DNA of 63,924 nucleotides, filler included, from Guillardia theta CCMP2712 (Eukaryota > Protista > Cryptophyta), in assembly GCF_000315625.1 (NCBI RefSeq). It is 3 parts of 3 records of this genome, joined end to end, with 100 filler letters (N's around TTAATTAATTAA, not from the genome) between each part and the next. Parts side by side here need not be neighbours in the genome. Positions count along the whole stretch, not along the records: positions 43,616 to 63,924 come from NW_005434596.1; 2 more parts are not named here. The stretch is one strand, 5' to 3'. The position numbers and the translations under genes are program-made. This document shows, piece after piece, positions 49,909 to 62,968 of this stretch. Each line of letters opens with the position of its first letter. Position 1 is the stretch's first letter. The notes below the pieces were generated by a model. The model did not search any database and was not told the origin of the DNA. It saw only the letters and a program-made list of their open reading frames with translations.

Positions 49909-52131
49909 TCAAGCCTGTCTGCGCTTTACGCGCACATTCAGTCCGTTGGCTGTGTGGATCGTGGCACCAAACATCATCCCCACGTCTGATTCATTCGGGA
50001 CCTTGGGATCGTGGTTTCCAACCAGTTCGAACGAGTAGCGCTGAAAGATCTTCGTGAGCATCACAACTGACTCCATCAGGGCGAACTGATCGCCCAGACA
50101 CTTCCTCGGCCCAGCCCCGAAAGGCAAGAAGGCATAGTCAGCATGCACTTCGTTGGGATAGAGCGTCTTCAGATCAGGGACGTACCCCTGCCATTCAGGC
50201 AACCCCTCTGCCCTGCGCTGGGCATTGTACTTCTCTACGAGTTCAGGAGGTGTTGGTCTCCTCCACCTGTGGACAGATTAACGTAAGTTCTTGCAACAAG
50301 GTCCACAACAAACATCATTCATTACCTGTCGGGATCGAACTCATCAGGCTTATCCCAAAGGAGTGGAGATCGATGCAAGTTCCAAACAGAGAGGAAGAAA
50401 TCGCTTCCCTTGATGATTTTCACTGCATTCCCCTGCACGGAGCCATCGAGATTGCTTGCCTTTGGCAAGACATCTGCATCAAGAGCTCTCCGGATCAAAA
50501 TCGGGGGCTCGGGGAAGAGCCTTAGCGTCTCTGTGATCACCAGCCTGACCTGCTCCAGTCTTGGCATGTCCTCATAGGTTGGGGATCGGCCTCCCAAGAC
50601 ATCGTCGATCTCCTTCTGCATCTTGGCCTGAGCTTCCGGATGTTGGCTCAGGAGCCATGTCGCCCAGGTCAACATCGAACCAGTCGTCTCGTGGCCAGCA
50701 ATGAGCAAAGTGATGAGGTCGTCTCGCAACTGCTTCTGAGTTGCATCGGCACCCCTCAGGTCCACGAGGAATCTCAGCAGCGAGGGATCGTTGACGTTGT
50801 CGTAATCCTTGTTGATGAGAGCATCCAAGTCAGTCTCTTGCTTCTCGTTCACGACGTTGAGGATGAGTTTGTCCAGGACTCCATTCAGAAGCGCCATGTC
50901 CTGTTGAAACTTCCGCTGACGGGGTACAAGGGCAGGGATTGGCCATTCCGCGCCCAGCCCTGGAATCTTCCAGTAGGGGAAGTAGAACGTGGATCGATGC
51001 TCAGCTTCACGCAAGGCGCAGAGAGCAGCTTCAACCACCGGTGAAAGCTTCTCTACAGACCCAAAGTCATAGTTGAAGACAGCCTTGCCGATGATGTCGA
51101 GGGAGCAGCTGTTCCAGTTCTCCTCCATGTCGATGATCTCGTCGGTGTCTGCCACAGCATCGAGCTTTGCCGAGAGCCGATCGGTACATTCCGAGAACAT
51201 CCTGCACATTCTATTCAACCACGCCTGATGAAATCCAGGAACGAGAGCTCTGCGCCTCTCCTTCCAGACTTGGAACGGAGCAGGGATCAAGCCTTGCCCC
51301 ATGAACGGTTCAAGAATTTCAGTCAGAACCCCCTTATCATACGAGAAGACGTTGTCTTTCATGATGTGTCGGATGACTAATGGGTCAGAGGCAACCATGA
51401 ACACCTTGCAGAAGAATCAAGGTCAGAATCAATCATCGAAGCAGGGTTGGAGTACCTTGGGTCCAAAGCACAGCTTGTACAATCCGCCACAATCCTTGAA
51501 ATATTTGTACAGGGGCAAGAACAGGGGCCCACCAACAAGATCATCCACAACACCCTGTATGAGCATGTGCGATTAGAATGAAGCAAAATGATCAATATGT
51601 AAAACCTCTGACTTTACTGCGCCGTCCTGAAGTTGTGCATACTTTTCCTTGTCACCGTAGGTAAGAATGATGTTTGTGATCCACAATGAGATGATGTCCT
51701 GAGAGGAAAAGCAAAGGATCAACTTGAAATCCATCGAGATCGCATGATAGTATAGCTCACTGTGAGTGTGACATCCTTCTTGGCCATTCCCTGTTTCTCC
51801 ATCTTCCTGATATCCGCTTCTTCCTGACAGAGATATCATGAATGGCTTGATGATAGAGCTTCAGCGAAGCTTCACCTGCTTTAATCTGTCCTTGCCGAAA
51901 ACTTCTGCATCAAGTTTGGGCCCCTGCATTCTCAGCGAGAGACGTGGGACTCGGCGCCCGACCTACAAGTCTTGATTCAGAGCTCGACTGTTGATGTCCT
52001 GTGGGGCAAACCTGGTGGACCCGAGAGTTCTTCGAGGCGAGAGAAGAGGCAAGAAAGTTTGGCGATGGAGTGAGGAAAGCACTTGACAGGACGGGGAGGA
52101 GGAGGGTCAGAAACCCTGCACGTCGTGCCAT
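49909..52131 (-). CDS. CYP97: Cytochrome P450, CYP97 family (carotenoid hydroxylase-type), plastid-targeted
   Basis: [81 protein letters not shown], heme motif [15 protein letters not shown]. Bipartite leader [18 protein letters not shown]|FLTPS. Confidence 0.93.
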
Positions 52132-52994
52132 CCCCGCCGCGTGCATGGCAGGTAAGCAGGGGCCGACAAGATTCGTTTCCGGCGGCGGTGATTCATGTAA
52201 TAGAGGCAGTTTTGTTATTAATAAAAACTATATGGTCATTATATCTTAACTAATTATTAGTATGAGAAGTATCGGGGATGACCAAGGAATTTCGAGGTCT
52301 TTGAAAATGTCATGCTTCACTCCCCACCCATCAATTTTATGACCCCCCTCAATTCCATTTCTCATACCCTACCCTACGACCATATTCCTGTTTTCACCCG
52401 GTCATTTCAAGCTCACTACCCCTGCTGAGCTGTTTTACTACCCCCGTACATCCCGGCCCCCTGATTCCACTACCCCCTTTCAGAAGACATTGCAACGGTA
52501 AGTAACGGTCGTCACAAAAGTAGACTTGAAGTAAGCGGCGGAGCCTGGGCCGCGCTCTTACTTGCCAGTCAGCGGCGGACAACACACTGTGACAGGCTGC
52601 CGGGGCTCAGTCGGCCCTCAGGTGCGCCGGGGCCCGGGGGCCTGGCCGCGTCGACCGGGTCAGTCCCGGATGCCACGGGCATCGTGAGGCTCATCGGATG
52701 CCACTGGGCCGCTGGCAACAGTGAGCCTCCGAGGCACCGTTCATGGTTTACCGTCCGACTGGCACTGTGCCTCACTGTTGTCCGTCAGCCCCAAACTGCC
52801 AGGCTCCCGTACTTGGCCGTCACTGGACTTCTCCAGCCGGTCGCCCTGTCGGAGCAAGTTGAGGCCGCGCCAGCCGCTGTGCCGGGCCGCCTCGGACTCC
52901 GGGACTACCCATGACTCGTCGGATTGTCACCTCAGTGACTCGGCGAGCCTCGACCTTGAATATTATCTGCTTCAGTCTGCCTCTCCTTTTCCGT

Positions 52995-55900
52995 ATGTGG
53001 ATGACTGAGGTGAGCCTGCTTACAGTCTTTTTCATGTTTTAGCCTCCTGCTGTCGTCAGGTTCCAGCGTTTTCCTGGTTCCATCGGGAGGAGAGAGTGGG
53101 GCGAGGAAGGGATGAGGAGCAGAGACGAGGAGGAGGAGCAAGGGAGAGGGAGGTATACACTGTAGATCAACAGGGATTCGAATCTCCTGGGACAAACATG
53201 AGCTGCACCTGACGCTTGCTTCACAGATCCGGTATGGAATCTGAAGGAGACGCCGTGTTTCGACGAGCACAGGATCTGATCAAGGCAGATTCTGCTCCTT
53301 CCATCTTCTCAGTGCACTGAAATTTCCACCAAGGTTGATGGCAAGTTAGACGAAGCAAAAAGGCTCCTGGAGCAGGCTGCCATGGTTTGATTCTTGTTCG
53401 TTCCCCTGCTGGACTTGTAAGGAGAATGGCTAGGCATACAAACGCGAGGGAGCTCTCAAGAAAGAGACAATCATGTTGGAGATGCTGAAACGAATAGGCG
53501 GCGGAAAAAGTCAAGGTAACGAGCCTTGCACTACTTCGGTGAAGGTTTTGAACGATGGAACTCAGAAGCCAAGAAGGAGGCGCCAAAGGCAAAGGCATCC
53601 AAGAACAAGATTGACTACAGCAAGTTCGACAAGCTGGAATTGAGCAGCGACGAGGAAGAGGAGAAGCCAAGAGTGTGAGTGACGTGCACAATATGGATTG
53701 CCTGACAGCGACTGAAGTCGTCGATTGATACTGAAAGTTCATCAGGGAGCAAACTAAGGTAACGAAGCCACCGATCGAGCTCTTGGAGGCAATGAAGAAG
53801 GTGGATGAGGCGAAGTCCAGAGGTGAAGTTGTCCAGCCATGTTGGCTTCTTCTCGCGCTGAACCTCCTCATGGCAGGGAATGCAAGAGACATCCAAGAGG
53901 CAGAGATTGCAGCCGCCAAGGCGTTGGAGAACGTAATCCGACTCGTGCCACGACAAGTCGAGCATCTGATGAGGCTGAACAGGCAAGTCCTGAGGTTCGC
54001 AAGCGATTCTTGGACATGCTGCGAGAGATGGGGGCTCCACTACCTGCGGTATCCTCCTCTTGTTCTGAGCTAGGGTTGTGACTCGACTTTCGTGTTAAGG
54101 ATATCGAAGGACTCGCTCAAGCCATGCCGCCTTCCGCTACGCCTGAAACCGAAAATCTCCAGGAACTACTGATCAAAATCTCATAAGAAAGGTGGCTGAC
54201 TGGGTGATTCCAGGGAAAGATTAGCCAAATGAAGTCTGTCTTCGATTCCAGTCTGGTGCAGATATTCGACTTCACTCGACTCAACTGACATTCGTTACAA
54301 GGATAATTTGTCAAAGGAGGCGAAGATGCTCAAAGACAAGGTCTCTCTTTCTATCAATCCCTCTGCAATGACTTGCAGTGAAGGAGAAGCAACTGAAAAA
54401 GTTGAAGACCTTTGACGACTTGATCTTGTTCATGCAGCAGTCCGGCCTGAGCAATCGTAAGTGCTATGCTTGAGACCGCCTATTATCAGCCATTCTTGCT
54501 GACGATGCGAATATAGAGGAAATCAAGGTTGCCATGACAGCTCACGAGATGGGAAATTCAGAGGTTTTGAAATTATCAATTGAGTGAGAGGGTTACTGAA
54601 GTTCTGTAAATGTGAAGGCTGTACAACGAGTCTTGTCGGAAGCAGTTGCCCGCTCCTTCAACAAGAGCTCGATGGTATATGCAATAATGCAAGGATGTCT
54701 AGTCTTGTGCTGAATACGCAAAAAATCCAGGAGAAGGAGGAGGCCATAATTGACCAAATTGAGGATCTTACAAAACGTCCGATCAAACTCGTTTGACGTC
54801 AAAGTGACGCTAGTATCAGGATTATCACACGAAGAGACTTCGGGTAGAGGGCACAAGGATGTTCCAGAAACTAAAGAAGTGGTGTTTGTTTCCCTCTGAG
54901 TTGTCTCTGCTAGTAATTCATATGCTTCGATCCAGCAAGCAAAATCAAAGTCTCTGAAGGCTGAAAAACCATCTGGACAGAGGCAGACAAATTCAAGAAA
55001 GGTTTTCAACGAGTTGACAGAATTCAGAAGAATCTCAAACAATTGATCTTCCAGGATGAAGCGCAGAAGTACAAAGATCGAGGAAATGTTGCTTTTTCAC
55101 AAGAAAACTTCAAAGAAGCTCTGGAAGTTAGAATTTGTTTTGGAGATTTTGAGTTTTTAACTGATTTCCCCAGCATTTCTCAAAAGCCATAGCGATGGAG
55201 GAGGCGCCGAATGCTGTTCTTTACACCAATCGGTCAGATATTTGTATCCCAGGACTCACTTGTACTGTCTTACCCGTTCATTTCAGAGCTGCTGCAAACA
55301 TACGCCTAAGCGAGTTTGAAGCAGCTCTTGCAGATGCGACGATGGTCTGACTGGTTGGCTGAGATCCAAGACGTCGGTTGACGTAGGGTGCAGGCGATCT
55401 CTGTAGATCCCACCTATGTGAAGGCATGGTTTCGCAAGGGGCAGGTGGACAGCAGCAAGGGCTCTCAGTGTTTGACGTCATGGCAGGCGCTGGAGGGTCT
55501 CACAAGGTGGCAAGACAGCATTACCGCGTACAGGAACGGGCTTGAACTACTTCCTGACAGCCCTCAGCTACTCGAGGGCATCGAGGTGACTGAGTGACAT
55601 TACCTAGGCGGCATTATGAACGTTGTCAACAGCGAGCGGAGAAAGCCCTCCAGTCTCGTGAACAACCTCCGGCTGGAAGATCAGCACAAACTTCAGCACA
55701 GATTTCAGCGCAAGACTCGAGTGTAGCCGTGCCCAAGTACGAATTGAAGCAGACAGACGCCTACATCGAAGTGGTACGGCAAGACCCGTCAAACATGTTG
55801 ACTCTCAGTGAAATTTCGTTCAGAATGTAGAGCTGCTGCTGAAGGAGAGTATGGAAGGAGTGGACCTACACCAGCACGAGACTTCCCTCAAGCTGATTGC

Positions 55901-56065
55901 ACCTCCTTATCAGGTATGTGCAACGATGAGAGGTTGCGTTCAGTGAAGACGATTCAGACGTTGGAGATCGCTCTGCCATCAAGAGTTGATACGCAGGCGA
56001 CGAGAGCAAAGTTTGTTAAGAAATCTCATGTTCTGAAAGTGAAACTTCCACTGTTAAATCAGTAA
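52995..56065 (+). CDS. TPR co-chaperone with C-terminal CS (p23/PIH1_CS-like) domain; many ~50-nt introns
   Basis: DYSKFDKLELSSDEE. Carboxylate-clamp TPR AQKYKDRGNVAF...LYTNRAAANIRL...YVKAWFRKGQAL. C-terminus PKYELKQTD...LEIALPSRVDTQATRAKFVKKSHVLKVKLPL*. Confidence 0.8.
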
Positions 56066-56775
56066 ACAACGTTAGTTTACTGACAAGACTGCATTTCATT
56101 TGAAAACTTCGAGTAGCACCATGTATTCGAGTGTGTGTGCTCGCATTTAGTAACTTCGTAGCAGTCAGATACGGGTAAACTGGCGAGGGAGAACTTACGG
56201 AGCAGAGGTCATGTCGATTTTGTCGTCGTCAACATGTGGAGGGCACTCCTGCATGCCGTGGTTCTGATACTTGGAAGTCATGCTTCCATCACTGCATCTG
56301 AGTACAAGTCAGTCACTGCTACGAGCAAACTTGTGTGGAGCTTACTCGCTGTACATGTCGAAGAATAACTTTGAGAACTGAACAGCACAGTCGAGGTGAG
56401 TCAGATTCTTCCATGGCACAACGATTTGAGCAGAAACAATATGAATTGAGGGAGCATGTGCCGAATGAAATGCAAAGGAACTTCTCAGAATAATTTGACT
56501 CAGTTTTACATGTTGAGAGGGAGCATTAGACACTGATGAATGGAGACTGATTAGTTCGACATCGATGGAGATGATGTAAGATCAGGAAAGACTTGCCCTA
56601 ACCATGCAAGGGGAGCAATAGTATGAAAGGGAAGCGAACCAAAGTGGAAAGATAAATCATCAGTCAAGAAAGTCAGGAAAAGAGAGAACGAAGAGAAGAG
56701 TTAATGACAAGGGAAGTTTTAGTGAATGAAGAAGAGGAAGGAGGAGTGAGCAAGAAGGAGGAATGAGAGGAAGGG

Positions 56776-56845
56776 ATGATGATGACGACGACAATGACAA
56801 TGACAATGAAAATGACGACGACGACGATGATAATGATGAGGGTAA

Positions 56846-56922
<77 letters not shown>

Positions 56923-57040
56923 GGATGATGATGAGGAGGAGGAGGAAGATGGAAGGAGAAGGATGGAAGGAAGAGGAGGAGGAAGATGAGGAGGAGGAAG
57001 ATGGAAGGAGGAGGAGGAGGTGGAGGAGGAGGAGGAGATG
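56776..57040. repeat. (GAT)n/(GAC)n/(GAG)n trinucleotide tract
   Basis: Directly visible. Confidence 0.9.
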
Positions 57041-57699
57041 ATCATCTATGACGTTGAGCATGAAGGAGGCGGAGGCAACCAACCTGTGTGCGAGCGAGCA
57101 GAGCGAACATGCTGAGATCGATTCCGAAAATAGAACAGGAGGTCCATCTAGGCCTCCTTTTGAGGGGTGGGTTGTGAGCGACATTGTGGGTGGGGTAGAC
57201 CAGTAAAGTATTACCCTACCGGTTCATTCATGCTCTGATATATTATATTTGATGGGGGTAATTCCTAGACACTACCGGTCAGGTACGACAGGGTGGGGTG
57301 CTGAGCGAAGGGGTATTCTGACCAGCAGAGTTGACGCTCTTGGGGACTGAGCGGACGGTCAAGTATGCCGCGCAGCAATGCTGCTTGTTCAGGCAACTTC
57401 AGAGGAGAATGGGGGGAGAGGATGTAGAAGACGAAGAAGAGGGGGAGAAGGATGAAGAGGAGGATGGAGGGAAGGAGGAGGAGGAGGAAGACGGAGGAGG
57501 AGGAGGAGGAGGAGGAGGACAAGGTATGTTGAAGGTGACACTAACAAATTAGGATGAGAAATTATTCTAATGTTGACTTTATTTACTTATGACTTCAATT
57601 CTTGACTGTCTTACTGAAATATTGTTGTAGAGAAATGATGGTGCCATTGTTAAACTTCACAGACAAGCTTTTCTTGTCACAGAAGATGCGAGGAACATC

Positions 57700-60230
57700 T
57701 TGCATAGTGTGATGTTCGAGGTTGCTTCCTGTGTGGATCGGAATACCTCCTTCAGGGATCAACGAGTTTGCATGTTTTCTGTTCCTACAACAGCTGTCAT
57801 GATCACTCTTTCCTCGCCTTCCTCCTCAGCCCCTCACCTCTTCTTCTCCAACTCTCTTCCAGGAAATCCCTTGACCCTGACTTGCAGAGGAACCGTTGTG
57901 CTCGAGTTGGTCTTTTGTGGCAGGAGAGCTGCAGTTCCATTCTTGATGCTGCAAGGAGATCAGAAACTTGGAAGATCTCAACTTTGCCAACAATACCTGA
58001 ACTCAAACTTTAGGACTTTGCTGTCCATCAGCGGCGCGATCCAACTTGCTACAGGTTTCATGAGGTATCCCAACGACGTGTTTGTCGGCGAGACGAGATC
58101 TAGCCGCACAGCATTCTGGTCGTGCATATTGTTGGGTTCCCTCTGAGCCTTCAAACCTATGGAACTGCCGTTGATACACTGAATTCCGTTGTAGAATTGA
58201 CATCCCACACATAGAGTGTCTATCTTTGCAATGAGAGTTCGCTTCTCCTTGGATTTGTGGTCATCTGACATTCTCTCTCCTGTAACAACCTTGACCTCCT
58301 TCTTAGACTCTACTTTCTTTGGCTGAGATTCAGAAGTTTGCCTTTCTGAAACAGACGACACGGCCTCTGTCTCAAAGTTTGAAGCAAAGTTCAAATTTCC
58401 TGCTCCGTAGATGCTCTCGTAAAACTGTTTGCTCATCGGTTTGACATTCGACATTCCAAAGGATGACTCATCCATGAACTGTTTCTCGCTGATGTCATCC
58501 AACTGCGATGAGTTCATTGCCGAATCTTCCACGATATCCGAATGGTTTGCAAAATTTGTTGAGTTCTGAAAAGAAGCATTCGATTCTTCATCAACGTGCT
58601 CAGATACGTCCTGTTCTGAAGCGTTGAGCATTTTCCGATGCTGTCTCAGCAGGCTTCTGATTGAACCCGAGGTCGGCGGTAGAATGACATTCGACAGGTC
58701 AGGAAAGTCTGCGTTGTTGATCTCGAGTTCCTCAGGATACAAATTTTTGAGACGATCTATCGTGGATTGATTCCAGCGGATCGTGTCGGACTTCATTGCA
58801 TCGAAGACGGCTCTGTGAGTCCCAGGGTCAGCCTTCAATCTCCTCATCTCGGTTTCGATATCAGGTCTTTCCTCTCTCAGCATCTTCAGGTCTTCCAGGC
58901 CTGAGTAGTCCATGATAGCGGAAGAAATAGAAAAGACTGAGTCCATACGGGCCGAAGCCTCTCGTCTGGGAAACTTTTTCTGGAAAAATTCGCTGATGAA
59001 AAGCTCGCCCCCAAACTCGTTGTAAAGACTTTTCCAGGTATCCAAAAAGTACAGATTTTTGATCTGCAGAGAGAGTAATGATATAAAGAAAGCAAGCTCA
59101 GCTACATTGCAAATCTCACTTGGTCAACGCTGGTTTCAAGATTGAAATACTTGAAATACTGATTGAAATTCATTCTTCGGTCCTTGTAAAGGAGAAAGAT
59201 CCGCTGCTTGTGCGCAAAGAATGAGACTATGTTTTCTAATCTCTTTCCATTCAAGACCCCAACCTGGCAAAAAACATCTTCAATCGAGATGGTGAGATGA
59301 TTTGTGTATGTCTTGCCTTCAATCCATTTCTCTGTATCACTCGGACAAAGAACTGATGAAGAGTCTCGTTATTTGTATGATTTGCCACCTCACTCTTCCT
59401 CGCTTGTTCGATTTGTTTCAGGTCCGCTTGAGACACATGCGAGAAGTACATTTCCGCATCATTATTCAACTCGTCTGAATCGTCCCATACGTCTTGGATC
59501 CTCGACGTTTCATCTGTGGTTTCTCGTTCGCTCCCATCCTCCTTCGGGTTGCTGCCATCAGATGAAACCTGTACAAGCGATTCTCAGGCAGAAAAGATGT
59601 GGCTACGGACATCGCTGAACCTTGCTGCCTCTTTCTCTTGCAGAGCCACTCGAGAATTCTTCTCTTTGACGGTGAAGGTTTTCTATCTCCTTTGCTTGTT
59701 GCATGAGTGGGCCAACCTGTCGGAAAGTGAAAAGAGAGACCACAGAACGAAGCTCTCACAGAGGAGAATGATAGCTGCTCATCCCTCCTGCTCATCAAAT
59801 CCAGTGAATGCGTCAGGAGGATGCGGGGAACGAGAGAAGGATGGGAACCTGAGCATGCTTTCCTGCATAACATCCTCGGACTTGATCAGCTCCGAACGCT
59901 CGGACACTCCCGATTCTGACTTGACGTTGATCCCCAATGAGCTGACCTCGCTCTCGTCGCCTGATATCTGGATGGATCCGAGCGCAAGTCAAGGTTGACA
60001 AGGGAGAGAGAGGGGTCTTCACGTACAGGTCTGGGAGTTGCTCCTCTCGGCTCTATGGAGAACTGTTCCTGACATTTCTTCTTCACCATTGAGTAGAAGT
60101 CCATGTACGTCTGATTGAGGGAAGAGTTCAGGCTCCCAATGTATGAGACGTTCTTCTCTTGCAGCGCCGCCATGTCGGTAGATCCTCTCGCCTGCTCTGC
60201 AACCTTCGCCCTGATGGTCAACTTGATTGC
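57700..60230 (-). CDS. Spliced protein with a HIRAN domain near its C-terminus (possibly the 3' half of the upstream TPR gene)
   Basis: HIRAN signature TLCVGCQFY...LKAQREPNNMHDQNAVRL...LGYLMKPVASWIAPLMD at ~58000-58225; coding exons continue upstream to ~60230. Confidence 0.7.
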
Positions 60231-60387
60231 AACCTGAACGACAGGTCTGTCAAATCAGCTCGTCTCCTTCTCGCTTGTATTACCCTCACTATCTCCGGCA
60301 AATGTTTGAGATACCCTTTCACTGTCACATGCGTTACAGGCGGAACTGGAAGAGGGCAAGGAAGGTTTGATCAAGGAGCGTTTGCTT

Positions 60388-62581
60388 ACCTTGCTCTCTC
60401 TCCTCTCCTCCCTGCACTTGCCGTATTCGCGTCACCACAGTATCAATCAACCTCGGGGAAACGTCGGAGCCGTTGACGGCTTTCATAAGGAGCTGCGGGC
60501 GCGAGCATGTCAGAAGGGAAGGGGCGAACGTGCGAGCGGTACTCTGATCGAAGAGGACTCATCTTGGAATCTCTTCTGCCTCAGCCACGCATGCCATTCA
60601 TAGCAGTGAGACAGGACCAAACCCGCAGCCTTGTCACCCTCCTACGGAAAGGATATGAGGCGATCTTCGCTCACCCTCATAACCAGCCCGACCTGAATCT
60701 CCCTCCTCTCCAGAAGCTCCTCGACCCGTTCGAACCTGCTCTCACGGACCATCAGGGCCCTCTCAATACCCAATGGTGGGTCCCGACATGTAGTTTGCCG
60801 TCGCCAAATCTCCACTTGACGTCCTTTTGCACAGGAGCTTTGCATAATTCAGCAATGCCGCTGCATTTTCTATACACCAGATCAGTTCAGTATCAGGGCT
60901 GCTGCGACTTGAGGACATCACGTACCAGGATCATCTTCCAATGCAGAGTTGTACAAACTTTCGGCCCTCACCGAATCACCAAGCTACAAGAAATTAGCAG
61001 TAGTGCAACGAGTACCTACTTGTTGAGGCACCTTCTTGCTCAGGAAACCGGCAAAGTTTGTCTTGTCGTTCGAGTCCATCACGTTCAGCTTCTCTGCCAT
61101 GGAGTATCTTCGAAGAGGTGAGAGAAACCGACGACGAGACAGACAGATTTCACAGTTTGAACGCTTGCTGGTCTTCTCCCAGCTGATCAAACGCACATGC
61201 AAACCTGATCTCAATTTCATTCTGGTGTCTCGAAGATGCAAGCATCTCATCTTACACGCTCAGGTGCTTTCCTTTCATGAGCTCTGATCCTGTCATCGTC
61301 CATATCTGACGAACTCTACGAAAATTCCCCCGCCACTTGCAAGATATCAGGCAGAGCTGGGAGACAGCAAAACAAGAGACGATAGGAGGGTTGATAGGAG
61401 GGAATGGAACAAGAATAAGTTGTATCTGACGCACCTGCAGCAGCCAACAGTAGTCACTCGCTAGTCGCCCCAAGGGGCTGCTCTTTGCCGTCTTGTTTCG
61501 ATTCAGAAACGCGTGCTGAGGAAACTTTCAAACCCTCCTGTAACCTCCAAGTCCAGACCTCAAGAACAAGAGATTCGATGGCTTTCTTATAGGCTGCTTC
61601 TGCCTCGCGCTGCTTCCCTGAACGGATCAGGTATTGAGAGTAGACAAACACTGCAGCATGTGTCAAGTGCTGCCGAAGCATTCAGTAGAGATATCCTTAC
61701 AGACATCAGGGCTTGTGGGGTCTTGCTGATATGCTATGCTCTTCAGTCCGGCAGCCTGTGCGGGGTCTTTTGTCTCCAATAGCCCGGAGTAGAGCAGAAT
61801 CGCCTGACAACTTGTCATGTGTATTTTCATTGAATGCGAGCAAGAAACCATCGTGTTGTTTGGGTTAGAGTGGATTGCATGCAGCAGAACTTGTTCGGCT
61901 TGCTTCTCGTCCCCTCGAGCGATCAGCCCCTTAGCTGATATTGATCTTATTAGTAAGACACCACAAACACATTGCAGCTACCAGCATCGTTGAGAAAACT
62001 GCTGTCCCTCCCGTGATATTCCTTGTCTAGGTTGTTGACAGCAGGCAACGACTTGAGCTGATCCTGCTGAGGCCTCTCAGGCGAAACTCCTTCAAACGTG
62101 ACAGTGCGCTTCTTGGGTATCGGGGTAGCCTCCACTCCCGCTGCTTGCTCCAGGGTTAGTGAATGAGTCGATAATGATATGATGTTGGTGGTGATGGTGA
62201 TGGCATAAAGATGTGGATGATGGAGAAGTAGGAAGAGATGAGCGAATGATGCTGATGATTGTCCAGTCCTTCACCTGCCACCCTTGTATGGTTGTTGTCG
62301 CCTTGAGGTGGTTGAGGAGCATCCGCAAAGATCACATCCTCAGAGCCTTCTCCTGTCTTCCGTCTCTTCTTAGCTGGACCATGAGCCCCTGTCTTTGTGG
62401 GCACGTTCCCTCCTCCACCCCTCAGGTTCATCCCAAGTTTTCTGCAGTCTGATCCGTCTGACCACGACATGGTCGGGTAGCCGCTATCCCTTGGATGCAT
62501 CTCCCCCCCCGATGACCTGGAGGCCTGGCCATGCAGTACCAGCAAGAGGATACAAACTCCTCTCGTGCTGAAGGTCCGCAT
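60388..62581 (-). CDS. TPR-like helical-repeat protein with signal peptide, LRGG motif and NLS-like PAKKRRK
   Basis: MRTFSTRGVCILLLVLHGQA leader; MNLRGGGG; PAKKRRK. TPR-like exons GDEKQAEQVLLHAIHSNPNN, YSQYLIRSGKQREAEAAYKKAIE, LGDSVRAESLYNSALEDDP, ALLNYAKLL. Confidence 0.6.
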
Positions 62582-62968
62582 GCCTCAACACATGAAACCG
62601 CCTGTTGTTCTCATGGACTTTCTAGGATTCCCGTGGTTCTCAAATATCGTCATGCTCGCACAAACGAGCGCAGGATCATGCACGTTGTTGACTGAAAGTC
62701 CTGCGTGCCTCACTGCTGCCCCTCCTTCGGACTTCTCCTCCTGCTCCTGCTTCTCCTCCTGCTGTCCTCCAGCTTCTCCTCCTGCTCTTTCCTGTTCCTG
62801 GACTGAGCATGAAGATCGAAATCCGAATATGGAGATGAGGGCGATGATAAACATGATAAGATCAGGGTGGGCAAGTGAGGGGATGCGGGTTCCTTTATAA
62901 CACAGTCAGGGGCAATGCCGGCACAGTCGAGGGTGTGAGGAGCAAGAAGAGGGCGATGATACCGGAGG

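Noticed and set aside
56085-56390. Possible small minus-strand gene (MYSE/CSDGSMTSKYQNHGMQECPPHV...)
   Set aside because: One plausible intron, but no recognisable family and no consistent final exon.
57978-59045. Assignment as Rad5/HLTF or FAN1
   Set aside because: Only HIRAN is recognisable; no helicase, RING or nuclease motifs seen.
62585-62854. 89-aa ORF with hydrophobic start upstream of the LRGG gene
   Set aside because: Low-complexity content; cannot tell 5' UTR from upstream exon or chance ORF.
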